From: Octopus sinensis | Taxonomy: Eukaryota | DNA length: 64,000 nt | Direction: 5' to 3' | Assembly: GCF_006345805.1 (NCBI RefSeq) | Contig: NC_043001.1 | Coordinates: 80,786,001 to 80,850,000, forward strand | In this document: one piece after another, positions 13,082 through 25,830 of the stretch | Numbering within the stretch: position 1 is the first letter of the stretch | Layout: the number at the start of each line of letters is the position of its first letter | The notes under the pieces: model-generated | The model's database searches: none | What the model was told of the DNA's origin: nothing | What the model saw: only the letters and a program-made list of their open reading frames with translations | Position numbers and translations under genes: made by a program

Positions 13082-13173
13082 CCAGCTTTCAAAGAATTCC
13101 ACTGCTGATTCTTTGCACTCTGACTGTCTAAGACAACTTGGAACCAACTAGACTTAAGAGATGAAAAGTCAAC
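13082..13173 (-). CDS. Candidate internal coding exon (VDFSSLKSSWFQVVLDSQSAKNQQWNSLKA), product unknown
   Basis: Strong acceptor ttttctccactgctctcaatttcag, donor GG|gtaaca, single open frame, unique sequence; no homology recognised. Confidence 0.3.
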
Positions 13174-13714
13174 CTGAAATTGAGAGCAGTGGAGAAAACT
13201 CATCAGTGTCCTTTATTCCGTAGGGAGCAAAAAGCCCAAGTAAGTAACTGCTCACAGTAGTGAACCATTTCTTTGCAGTGCCTACATTTGGCTGAGTGAG
13301 CTATTTGTTGTAGTAAAAATGGTACTCTTCTTCCCACATGACAAGTCAAAAAGTCAGTAGTAGTAGAGTCATTTTATGAGTTCTCAACTGGAGTCAGAGT
13401 CAGTTATATGATATATACAAGTATGAGTTACTGTCAAGGTAGACGTTTCAAAGTCATTGCCTTGTGGAGCTGTCAGTGATAGGATGATAAACGAGTCAAA
13501 AATAATATGTGGAATACCACTACAATGTTATAGTGCTGACAATAACATGCAAGTGGATGAGGATCCACATTATAACACTGTTGAACGTAAATTTGTCTTC
13601 ACCTTATTATAGTGCCTATCGATATTCTTTCCAGCCAATCATTTTTTACATGAGTTTTTGATGGGCATTGAAAGATTAAAAGGGAAGTTTAATTTCCATG
13701 GAATATTATGTAAT

Positions 13715-14055
13715 CTTCAACTGGTTTCAGTCATTGGGCTGTGGCCATGCTGGGGTACCACCTTTTAGTTGAACAAATTGACTGTAGTACTCATGTTTTT
13801 CTTTTCTTGAAGTTTGTTACTTATTCTGTTGATCTTTAACTGTTAGGTTACAAGTGGTGGGGTGAGCTGGGAGTGGCAAATATGTCATGCATACACACAC
13901 ACACACATACACAGGGTTTCAACACAGTTTCTGTCTACCAGATTCACTCACAAGGCATTTGTCTGCCTGAGAATTTAGCAAAAGACACTTGCTCTAGGTT
14001 ACTGTGGAGTGGGAGTGAACTCCAGATCATCTGGTTGCGAAGTATGCCTGTGTCA
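13715..14055 (-). mobile_element. SINE type A
   Basis: tttcagtcattgggctgtggccatgctggggtaccacc tail plus head segment ccagattcactcacaagg. Confidence 0.75.
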
Positions 14056-15616
14056 ATTTTAAGAATTTTCCAACAACCTTATAAAAACCCTGGAGACCAA
14101 CTTAATAGGAATTTGTATTTTTGCCCAATCTGAAAGCAAAGTGTCTTTAGATCTAGGTTTAATACGAAAATTTTCATCCTTCAAGTTTGTGACGTTATTC
14201 TTGTTGAAACTGGAGGCCATGCTCTACATTTATATGAAATCTTTCAGCTCTCATATTTCAACAATTTAATTAGTTCTTAATTTATGTACATAACTTGCAT
14301 ACAACAAATTGTATGTTATGTATGTAAAAATGTTTAAGGCTATTAATAGACATTCTTGAAGATAATTCTTACCATTCAGCTGACTCATTATTATCAAGTA
14401 ACTCATTATTCTGGCTCGCTCAACATGTTAATAAAAAAACCTATAACTGTAAGGGCATTGTGAATATATTATAGAGGCATTGTTTTACTACCATATGCCT
14501 TTCCTGTTGCTAACCTTCACCTGTTCTTCAAGTGAGGGATTGCTTATTTCACTTGTTTTCACAGGTGTGAAGCAGTAGTATATTTCAAGAGAAATATGGT
14601 AATGAAAGGTTTGAATTCTAATACTGTATTTGGTTTGTAATTATTTTATCCTGAAATGCAGGGAAAGAAAAACTGACCCCAATGAGATTTATATTAGAAA
14701 TTAAGAATTCCTCCTCTTCCTCCTGATCATCATCATCTGTTCAGTTTTCGATGCTTGCATGGATTGGACAGAATTTGGTACACATTTTTCTATGGCTGGA
14801 TGCCCCACTCTCTGTTGCAAATCTTTATCTGTTACACAGCAAGGTAGTATTTCCCCATGACCAGACATGTTTTAATGGAAAATTGGAAATGACACTACTG
14901 GTATGACGGGGACACTCATTTAAAACAATTGTGTGATGTCAAGACCAGGAGACACCAATATACACACTTGCACATACATACTTACACATACACACAGGCT
15001 TCTTTCAATTTCCCTCTATCAAATCCACTCACAGGGCTTTGGTCAACCTGGGGTATAGTATAGGTCTGAACCCGAAACCTTGTGGTTTAGAAGCAAACTT
15101 AGAAGTTTGCTTCTAAACCACGCTGCCACACCTATATCCACATCCATGTCTGTAATTAAATAATAGACACTATATTAATAATATACTAAAACATAATTAT
15201 TCACTCAATTAAATACTGTTGTAATAGCGTGTTGTAGTTGCTATTAGCAAAAGTGCAAGAACAATAAAAAGGAGAGGAATGGGGATAGAAAGTTAACATT
15301 CTAAATAGAACATTACCTATCTTTCCCCTCACTTGTATGCACTAGCAACAGATAGATTTCTTTTGTAACACCCCTTTAAAAGAAAAAAAAAACAAACAAA
15401 CAAGGTTTGTACAAATGTGTACGTGCGGTTGTAGAAAGGAATAAAGATAACCGCGCAGATGTATAAAATTACATGAGTACATTCTGTGTGTGTGTATTTG
15501 TGCCTCAGCCCTCTTATATGAGGGGCTGCTGAACAGTTCCTGGCTTTGGGTGAAAAAGAAAACAGGAGGATCAGTTAATTATGATTTTATTCAAAATATT
15601 TCCCTCTCAGATTTAC

Positions 15617-15652
15617 CCACTTATTACAGCTGTCCTTCAGTTTTTCCAAATC
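15617..15652 (-). CDS. Candidate 36-nt coding exon (DLEKLKDSCNKW)
   Basis: Acceptor gtttcaagttcttttgcag, donor TGG|gtaaat; phase 0-0, compatible with 13082-13173. Confidence 0.2.
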
Positions 15653-16096
15653 CTGCAAAAGAACTTGAAACGTTGGGCCACCAGCCAGGCCTTTCATGAT
15701 ACCCTTAAAGCCAGGAACTTTACGGTGCCTCCTCAAGCATCCGTGTGTGTGTGTGTGTGTGTGTTGTGTGTGTGTGTGTGTGTGTGTGTGTGCATGCATG
15801 CATGCATTTATAGATATGCCGACTGGAGTTGGAAGAAAAGGAATCAAAGAAGGTCACTTCTCAACCGCATAATCTCAAGTTCAGTCCTACAGTGTGACAC
15901 CTTGGGCAGTGGGAGAGGGGATACACACACACATGCATGCACACACCCACACAGGAGGGTGACAAAGGAACTTATGGAAAATAGGAAAAAACATACAAAG
16001 GACATGGACACTTGCTCATCTGCCATCAGAAATTAGGCAAAAATCATCACATTTCATGATGTATATATGTGTGTATGTCTTTGTGTGTGTATATAT

Positions 16097-16133
<37 letters not shown>

Positions 16134-16397
16134 ACAGGTTTCCACACAGTTTCTGTCTATCATATTCACTCAAGGCATTGGCTAGCCTGGATGCTACAGT
16201 AGGAGATACTTGCCCCCAAGGTGCTGTGCAGTATGATTGAAGCTCAAACTAATCTCCTGTATCACACAGCCGTACTTGCATCTTATACTTTGTTTTCCTT
16301 CTTCTTCAAGACCTCTGTGATGATCCATTTTAAAATGATGGTGTTGTGTACTTTGTTTGAAAAAGGTTTAATTAAGCTCAATTACTTAAATCTTTAA

Positions 16398-16617
16398 CTC
16401 TTTAGCATCCAGATTTCTTCGTTAAATGTAATGCTTATTCATTCAAATTATTTTGAATTAATTCTGCATTATCTCATAGCTTCAAGATTTTGATGATGTG
16501 ATTGCATAATTTTTAAATGACATTGTAAGGCAGGTGTAAAAGACCACATCTAGCCAACTTGCACATAAAACAAGCAGAATATTTGAGCTTGATTTGGCTG
16601 GTTTGAATCTTAAAGAG
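16398..16617 (-). mobile_element. piggyBac-type MITE family 1 (about 220 bp)
   Basis: TTAA at 16394-16397 and 16618-16621; TIR-like ctcttttagca / cttaaagag; homologous to 53988 and 62619. Confidence 0.85.
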
Positions 16618-17399
16618 TTAATTATACACAATTACTTTCATCTTTAACTCTTAGGAGATGACAAGGCCAATCTATCATCTGGAAAGCCAGATAGCAAAGA
16701 AGATTGTATTAGTTCATTCAATTTTCTACAAGAACATATATAGTTATATACATGTAAAAGTCATTACTTTTTTTTTTATAATTTCTTTTGAAAAATAAGT
16801 GCATGCCCTCTCTAGGGCTTATGAAAAGGGCTCCATCTTCTTGGCACTGAAATTCCAAATGAGGCTCCATCTCCAAAGCGTTAAACAGTAACATGATCAA
16901 AATTCAAGGGTCCCCTCACCGGCACCACCATCTCTTCTGTTGGATTCTTGCTTTTTGTTTTATTTTTTAAATATTTTTTTTGTCTCTTACCGTTCTTTCT
17001 TAGAAATTCTTTTTTTATGCTTACAGTTATGAAAAATTTTTTGTAGCATGTGAATGCTTTGTATCTTATCCCTCAAAGTTCTTTGGTGTCACAAGAATAT
17101 TTTCTTTTCTGATGTATGAGAATGTCAGTATGAATGTACAAATATGTACATGAAAGATAATGATGCAAGTGTAGGTATATGATGTTTTAAAATCATATTT
17201 GTGTGTGCATGTATGTGTGTCTGTGTACACATGTATTATATGTGTCTATATATGCATCTATAAAAACATCTTTATGCATATACATGTGTATATGAATGTA
17301 TATATGAAAAACATTTGTATGCATATACATTTGTGTATGCATGTCCATATATACATATGTGTATATATAAAAGCATATGTATGCATATATCGTGTGTAT

Positions 17400-17640
17400 G
17401 TATTATCATCATTATTAAAATGTCCTCATTTCTATGCTTGCCTGGGTCAAAGTTTATTGTGAGAAATTGATTGTGGCCAGATGCTCTTCCTGTCACTAAC
17501 CCTCATGTATTCCCAAGCGAGATAATATTTCCCCATAGCCAGACATGTTTTCACAGAATATTGAAAATAAGTGACACTGCTTGTATTACAGTGACAATCA
17601 TTTCCCACTATCATATAATGTCAAGACAACTTGGCATAAA
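17400..17640 (-). mobile_element. (GAT)n-tailed SINE type D
   Basis: catcattattaaaatgtcc..gatgctcttcctgtcactaaccctc..atatttccccatagccagacatgttttcacag; further copies at about 7975, 14725, 18770, 46660, 50340, 51590, 54830 and 60115. Confidence 0.8.
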
Positions 17641-17835
17641 CATGCATTTTTACTAAATTTACTCATAAGGCTTTAGTTGGCCTCATTCTGTGGAAGAAAA
17701 CACTTGCCCAAAGGTACCATGGTATAGGACTGAACCCCCAAAAAACCATGTTGTTGGAAATGAAACGTCTTAACTGTACAACCATACCTTTGCTTACCAT
17801 ATTCACATCTTGTCTGTTTGTGTCTCTCTCTGTCT

Positions 17836-17880
<45 letters not shown>

Positions 17881-18713
17881 TAAATAAACGTTTGTGTGTA
17901 AATAATGTACATATGTATGTATGTGTAAGAAAGATTCTTTTTTCTTCTTTTGCTTTGATTTCTTGTCTACTAATATTAGTTTGTCAGTTAATTCTGGCCA
18001 CCTTAATTGTTTGTCAGGAGACATGTTGTTTGAGAAGTGTAAAAGAGGAAAAAAGAAATAAAAACCCAAAAAATGATTAAGATTATATACTATGAAGAAA
18101 TTACTTGAGTATGTATCCATATGTTTGGCAACTTGCAAAGGTTGCTTAGCTTCTGAAATAGTTCTCAAAGTCTGAAGAGTGCTTTCACAGTGACTCATAT
18201 AAACTCTATGGTACTGTCTTACATACATAGCTTATGTTTGCGGTTCTTTTTGTTAGCATTGTTTGGTTTCTTGTAGCTTTACTATTATTTTTTTTTTTTC
18301 TTGAAACAGTCGGAAGATGTAAAACAGACAGGGATTTTTGCTTCTGTTGTTTATTTATGATATAGTTGTTGTTGATAATGGTGGTGGTGGTGAATATTTT
18401 TTTTCTTCATTTTTAATTAGCAAAGAAAGTTACTATATTTTTCGGTGTCTTTGTGTGCGTGTATGTGTATATGTATATTTATGTCTCTGTATCTAGGTCT
18501 GTATGCTCCTGACATTTTTTTGTTCTTGTAGTTTGTTTTTTTAAAGCAAGATTTATATTTTCTTAAAATGTAAACTCAGCCAGACATATACATAAATATA
18601 CTCCAACAAATACATTTATGAAGTTTCTTGGTAATTTCCTCTCTTGTTCTTCCTACTTAACAACTCAACTACTCCACCATCAATACCATTTGCAATACAT
18701 GTGTATATATATG

Positions 18714-18745
<32 letters not shown>

Positions 18746-18974
18746 GTCACACATTATAAATGAATATCATCATCATCATTGTTGTCGTCATTTAGTGTTT
18801 ACTTTTCCATGCTTGCACAGGTCAAACAAAATTTATTGTGGCAAATTTTCAAAGCCTGGATGCCCTTCCTGTCACCAACACTCACCTCTTTACAAGCAAA
18901 ATAATATTTCCCCATAGTCAGGCACGTTTTTTTACTGAAGAGAAGAAACAAGCATCCCTTCTATAACAAAAATC

Positions 18975-19335
18975 TTGTACTTGCTTTTGTCATTAGACTA
19001 CGGCCATGCTGAGGCACCGCTTTGGATATTTAGTTGAATGTATCAATCTCAGTCCTTACTTTTTATAAGCCTGGTATTTACTTATTCTATCGGTCCTGCT
19101 AAGCTGCAGGAATGTAAACACACCAGCACCGGTTGTCAAATGGTGTAGGGGTGACGAATACACACACATACATATATACGATGGGCTTCTTTCAGTTTCT
19201 GTCTACCCAATCCACTCACATGGCTTTGGTCAGCCCAAGGCTATATTAGAAAACACTTGCCCAAGATGCCCACAGTGGGACTAAATCCAAAACCATATGG
19301 CTGAGAAGCCAGCTTCTTACCATAGAGCCATGCAT
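18975..19335 (-). mobile_element. SINE type A, near full length
   Basis: Reverse complement of the head, body and tail of the 27960 copy. Confidence 0.85.
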
Positions 19336-19800
19336 GTGATTATGAGTGGATTTGGTAGAGGGGAAGTGAAAGGAGCTTGATATATATATATGTACATGTA
19401 TATATTGAGCTTTCAGTTTCCCTCTACCAAATACACTCACAAGACTTTGGTTAACTCAGGGCTATGGTAGACAATTGCTCAGTGTGTCATACAGTGGGAA
19501 TGGACTCAAGACTATAAGGTTGAGAAACATGCTTCTTTACACCACAGCCATGCCTCTATATACAATGTATATTTTTGCACCATATACATTGTAAAGTTAC
19601 CATGACAACAGGGAGTAGTATTCTATTGTCAAGGTTATGAATCAAGAGTTGGACCCTCTTCTTACCAGAACTTATTCACTATTCTGGTACCTAAGACCAC
19701 TGTATTTTAATTGACTACTGAAACCTATATGCAGCCAAAGTTCATTATGTGTTTATGGTTCTTCAAAAATAGACATTGCTTTTCAGTTAAGGATTCTTTC

Positions 19801-20012
19801 TTAAATCTTTAGCATTTAAACCAGTCATATCCAGCCAAAATGTTCTGCCTGTTTTATGTTTAGATCAGCTAGATTTGGCCTCTCACACCTACCCTACAAT
19901 GTCATTCTAGAAATAAATAGTCACATCACAGAAAGTTTGAAGCTATGAAATAATGCAGGATCAATTCAAAACTGCAAATAAATGAGCATTACATTTGACG
20001 GAATGGTCTGAA
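19801..20012 (+). mobile_element. piggyBac-type MITE family 1, right end degraded
   Basis: ttaaatctttagcatttaaaccagtcatatccagcc..ggcctctcacacctaccctacaatgtcattct. Confidence 0.8.
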
Positions 20013-20166
20013 AGCTAGCATGTGTGGAAGGTTTGTTAACAAGTTTAATAATATATTTAAGTTTAGAAGTCAGGAAAATCTAGTTGAGCTTTCAGTTAAA
20101 TCTATGGCCATCTGTAGTGTCCATTATGTGATACTGTCAGAGTTGGTGTTGATAGCAAGGGTTGTG

Positions 20167-20208
<42 letters not shown>
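20167..20208. repeat. (AGT)n microsatellite
   Basis: Perfect trinucleotide run. Confidence 0.95.
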
Positions 20209-20819
20209 CTATTTGAGAAGTACAATTGATGATGAAAATGACAATAATGTATATGAGCTCTTAGTCAAATTCAAGGCCATTTCTAGAGTCTGTTATGTAG
20301 TATTTTTAGTGTAGGCATTGGCAACAAGAGCAAAGAAATATAAAAATTAGGTAAATTTGTGAGTATTCTTAATAGAGGTACTCTTAGGTTGGTGATAAAC
20401 ATGACAGTGATATGACTGTGGTGGCTATACATTTAGCTACCAGTAAAAGTAATGGTCATGGTGGTATCATTTATGGTGAATATATTTCTGTTTTAGTGTT
20501 GATGGAGGTAGTTGTATCTGTTCTTCCCCATGACAAGTTAATGATGATGATGATCTTGATGCCTCCTTGTCTGGCTCTGCTGCCATGACAGACACCCTCA
20601 TACCTCTTATCCTTTTACTATTCCACCCCATTTTTCAGCTGACATTATTATTCTACTACAAGCTACACAATCATGTCTGTGGCACTTCTGTTTTTGTTCC
20701 ACTCTGATAGAGATGTCTATAGTTGCTGCAACTGTTATTTATTTTACTCTATTTTTTTTCTTCAATTTTTACCCATTTTTTATGATGTTGGTGGTGGGGT
20801 TTGTTTTCTGTATTTCTTC

Positions 20820-20856
<37 letters not shown>

Positions 20857-22060
20857 CTTTTTCAAGTACCTTTAGCAGAGATCCAAATTACTTTTACAAA
20901 TTGCCACCCAAAATTATTATGTGGGACAGGGGGCAGTTCTTTAGTTTTAATGTTGGCAGAATCAGTAGAGCGATAAACAAAACATTATGTGGTGTCTAGT
21001 TACATTGGTTTACTCTCTGAGTTCAATTCCCACTGGCTTGAACTTTTGGCTTTGCTTGTCCTCCTTCCAGAACCTAAAACGAAGTACCACTGGAGTACTG
21101 GGGTAGATTTCTCTTGTACCTCTCTTAAAAATTATAATTGCTGTTACCATATTAGGACAGTAGATTGATAAAGCATTGAACTAAATACCTTGTAGTATCT
21201 GTTCTAGCTGTTTATGATCTGAGTTCAAATCCTCCTGAGATCATTTTTATATTTCACTTTTTTTAAGGACTAACGAAATAAAGTACCAGTCAAGTACCGG
21301 GGCATATAGTAGAAATAGAAAACATACCCAGAGAGACATACCATGGGACTGAACCCAAAACCATGTGGTTGGGAAGTTAGTGTTTTAACCATACAGCCAT
21401 GTCTGTACACACACACACACACACACTGATGTCTGATGAAGCCTACCAGGCTGACACTTCATGGTCATTGTCACCCGCCTTGTAAAAGTTTATCTACTAA
21501 AGAATGTTAAATAATTCTTTAATTTAATGTTAAGCTGCTATTATATATAACTTGAAATTGGCATAAAAACAAACCTGCTGTGTATATGATGATGATGATG
21601 ATAGAACAATCTATTTTCTTATTTTAAATCCTTCTCCAATCCTACCACTCATCACTATAAGGGGTTTAATTCCAGTTGCAGTTAAAATTGAATCCTGAGA
21701 TGAGAGACTTGTGTAAAAATACAATCAAGTGCAGGAGTTAAGTCAATCAGATCCATCCATACATGTGTGTGTATGTCTGTGTGCATGTATGTAATCGGCT
21801 CTACAAATTTTTAGAAATGTTATCACTATAAGAGCAGTGAATTGACAGAATTGGTATTTTGTTACATTCCATTATTTTGGATAGGGGGTTAGTAGTGGCA
21901 GGGGCTATAGTGTCATTTTGTACGGGGAGGGCATAGTGTGAATTTGTGCCTTTGTTAGAAATGGTAATTGTTCTGATTTTGTTTAGAATATACTTGGAGG
22001 TTAAATAAATAAATGTTTGACTATTTATTATTATTATTATTATTATTATCATTATTATCA

Positions 22061-23065
22061 AGGCAGTGAGCTGGCAGAGTCCTTAGCACGCCAGGCGAAA
22101 TGCTTAGTATTATTTCATCTGCTGCTATGTTCTGAGTTCAAATTCCACCGAGGTTGTTTCATCCTTTCAGAGTCAGTGAAATAAGTACCAGTTACGCACT
22201 TAGTTGATGCAATCTACTAGCCTCCTTCCTCAAAATTTCATGCCTTGTGCCTGTAGTAGAAAGGATTATTGTTTTTGTTGGTAGAATCGTTTGCATGCTG
22301 GACAAAATACTTAACAGCATTTCGTCTGTCTTTACATTCCAAATTCAAGTTCTTCCCAGGTCGACTTTCCTTTTGTCACCTTTCAGGATCGATGAAATAA
22401 GTACCAGTTGAATACTGGAGTCGATGTAACTATCTCCCTCTCCCAAATTTCAGGCTTTGTGCCTATAATAGAAAGGATTATTATTACGGTTCAAACTGAC
22501 AGTTGTTTGCACACTGGACAAAATGCCTAACTGCATTTCTTCCAACTTCATGCTCTGAGTTAAAATTCTCCAAGGTCAACTTTGCCTTTCATACTTTCAG
22601 GGCTGATGATGCCAGGCTGGGAGAATTGTTAGAGGCTCAGAAAAAATGCTTAATGGCATTTTTTTTTTTTTTAGCTCATTACTTGCATGTTCAAATACTG
22701 TCAGGGTTGGTTTAGGATTTCATCTTTTGAGGTTGTTGAAATAAGTAGTTTCAAGTATTGAGATTGGTGTGTGTAGACCATTTGCCCTCTCTCCCACAAA
22801 ATTGCTGGCCTTGTATGAAAATTTGAGTGAGAATTATTATTGGTGTGCTGGCAGAATTGTTAGAGCATCAGGCAAAATGCTTAGTGTTTCTTTCATCTCT
22901 TTATAGTTCCATATCTTTACATTCTGAACTCAAATGATGAGGTCAACTTTACCTTTCATCCCTCTTTGGTTGAGGAAATAAAGCACCAGTACTGGAGTCA
23001 ATGCTATTTACTGTCCCTCTCACCCTAAAATTGCTGGCCTTGTACATAAATTTGAAATAATTACT
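22061..23065 (+). mobile_element. Head-to-tail array of about 5 type B SINE copies
   Basis: Repeated ttagcac..aaatgcttag..ctgagttcaaattc..tttcatcc..aataagtaccag..ggattattatt units starting at about 22061, 22281, 22500, 22620 and 22843. Confidence 0.85.
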
Positions 23066-25029
23066 ATTATAGTTATTTAAAAAAAATTTATTTATTTATT
23101 TATTTGCTTCCAAATAATTTCAGCTATGTTTTTAGTCTAAGAAAAAGCTGTGACAACCTTGGTTTGTTTTATTTTGCTTTATTTCAAAAGTTGGCTTTAA
23201 AAAATTTTTTAGGAATTTTATGATTTTTATTTTTTATTTTCTGATGTCCTAAGGTTTCATTTTAGCCATTGTGAATGAGAAATTAAAAGCTGCATTAAGA
23301 GGACTTCTCTTTGAGTGCGAAGAATCAATAAAAGAAGGTTTAAAGGAAAGAAAATGGTTATAAGGGAAGAGAGAAAGCTATTCATTATTTTCTTATATGG
23401 CACCAGGTCACAATTCTTTAGAGGAATTCTTATATTCAAAGAGGAAGACATTGTACTGTGCTCTTCTTAAACTACAATCTTTATAGATGATTCCTCTAAT
23501 CTTCATTACTCAGATTTAAAAGTTATCCCTTCTGGGTGTACAATGTTCTCGAACAGACACAGGCAGCCTTTTGCAAGAAGCAGGCCTCCTGAGTCATGTT
23601 CATTATCAGGTGGCTGTATTACGTAAAATGGAAACTGAAAGAAGCCTGTTTTATATATATCTTTGTGTATGGTTTTGTGCCTGTGTTGTCCCCTATGACC
23701 ACTTGGCAACCAGTGTTGATGTGTTTATGTTCCTGTAGCTTAGTGGCTCAACAAAAGAAACCAAAAAAATTAAGTACTAGGCTTAAAAAACGAAATCAAG
23801 AGTTGATTTGTTTGACCAAACATTTAAAGTGGTGCCTCAGCATGGCTGCAGTCTAATGACTGACTCAAGTAAAAGATAAAAGATGAATATATAATACAAA
23901 AACATCCTGCTGACTGTGATAGTCAATGAAATAGAAATAAAACTTTAGAAATTCATTCTTTCTGTGCAACCCAGTACTGTACTGGTCCACAACTTGCTGG
24001 TTGGAGATGTCTGTTTTAGAAGAGCAGCAGTGTTATCTTGTATGGGCATACAGTGTATAAGAACTAAATCTCTTGAAGGGTTTCTTTTCAAATTTTCCAA
24101 ACCACATCAATTTATTTATTTATTTTTAGATTATTTCTCATACCTCTCCCACCAGACTAACTTATGGAGACATGTGGAATTTACTTAGTTACTAGAAACT
24201 TCTCAAGATTTCTTACTTGCATTTTTTTTCTTTCTTTTCTATAGTTTCTCCTTAAGCATTTCATTATTCTTCTACCCATTACTCTTCGTTTTTCCTTTAT
24301 GGTGGTGGGGGGGAGGCAGGAGAGGAGTGGAGATAGAAGGAAAGGCAACTTTTCTTTTTGATTTTGAAAGATTTTTTTGCCATTCATTTCACTATTTTCT
24401 AGGTTTCTTCTTGTTTTTGTTTTTTTTACATTTTATGTTTTTTTCATTTTATTTTCCTTTCCAAATAAGATCCTTGAGAAATGAAACTACTGAATTTAGA
24501 AAAGTGTGTGTGTGTGTGTGAATGTCTGTCTGTGTGTATGTATGTATGTATGTATGTATGTATGTATGTTATTATCTTTTACTTGTTTCAATCATTGGAC
24601 AGCACCCATGCTGGGTCCCTGCTGTAAAGGATTTAGTCAAACAACTCAACCCAAGTACATTTTTTTGTCTCATATTTATTCTATCCATCTTTTTTACTGA
24701 ACTGCTGAGTTAATTGGATATAAACAAACTAACACTGGTTATCAAGCAGTGGTGGCAGACAAACAAAAATACAAAGACACATTCAAATCAGTTTCCATTT
24801 CCCCCACATTCATTCACAAGGCATTGGCTAGTCTGAGACTGTAGTAGCAGACTCTTGTCTTTTCCAACCCTCACCAAAGAAAAGAATAGACTGGGAAAAG
24901 ATTCCAGAGGGAGCAATGTTCAAGAAAGGCCTGAGGATTTGTAGTTTGTCTGGGGTTGGTGTGTGGAACTTGCATATGTATTCGGTTTTCTCATTCTTAT
25001 TTTCTTTCTTTACTGCTCTTTTTTTCTTT

Positions 25030-25392
25030 TGTTTCAATCATATGACTGGCTATGCTGGAGCACTGACTTGAAGGATTTTAGTTGAACAAATTACACCCAG
25101 GCTTATTTTTTAAGTCTAGTACTTACTCTATCAGTCTCTTTTGCCAAGCTGCTAACTTATCGGGATATAAACACACCAACACCTGTTGTCAAGCAGTGAT
25201 AGGGGAACAAATAAACACACACACACACACATGACAGGCTTCTTTCAGTTTCCTTTTACCAAATCCACTCACAACGCTTTGGTTAGCCTGAGGCTATAGA
25301 AGAAAATACTTGCCCAAGGTGCCATGCAGTGGGACTGAATCTGGAACCATGCAGTTGGGAAGCAAGCTTCTTACCACAGTCATACCTGCACC
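25030..25392 (-). mobile_element. SINE type A, full length
   Basis: Complete reverse-complement match to type A. Confidence 0.9.
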
Positions 25393-25436
25393 TACAAAAT
25401 ATTTTTTATTCAATGTTATTATTAGAATTATTAAAA

Positions 25437-25830
25437 AGCTGGTGAGCTGGCTGAATCATTAGCACACCAGGCAAACTGCTCAGTGACATTTCAGTCATCT
25501 TTACATTCTGAATTCAAATTCTGCTGAGTTCAACTTTGCCTTTCATCCATTCTGGGGGCCAGCTGTGCACTGGGCTTGATTTTGTTGATTAGCCCTCTCC
25601 CCTCAGAACTGCTGGCCTTGTGAGTTCAAAACCAGCCAAGGTTAACTTTTGCCTTCATCCTTCCACGATCAATAAAATATGGGATCAACACAATCGACTA
25701 TTCCTTCTAGTTCTTTATATTCTGTGTTCAAATCCTGCCTAGGTCAACTTTGCTTTTCATCCTTTCAGAATCGATGTAATCAATTTACTTTACACCCCAA
25801 AATTGCTGGCCTTGTACCAAAATTTGAAAT
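25437..25830 (+). mobile_element. Cluster of 2-3 type B SINE copies or fragments
   Basis: ggtgagctggctgaatcattagcacaccaggc head and repeated caactttgcctttcatcc bodies. Confidence 0.75.

Noticed and set aside
12330-13239. Plus-strand exon pair (donor aat|gtaagc near 12512; 13004-13239 with caa|gtaagt)
   Set aside because: All frames of 13004-13239 contain stops and the first lacks an acceptor; could only be non-coding, with no evidence either way
15500-15720. 13-bp inverted repeat agttcctggcttt / aaagccaggaact and a small cagccctc hairpin
   Set aside because: Short and not extendable, no TSD; compatible with chance
16658-16745. Exon-like GDDKANLSSGKPDSKEDCISSFNFLQEHI* after a good acceptor
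   Set aside because: No partner exon or homology; the opposite strand reads equally protein-like
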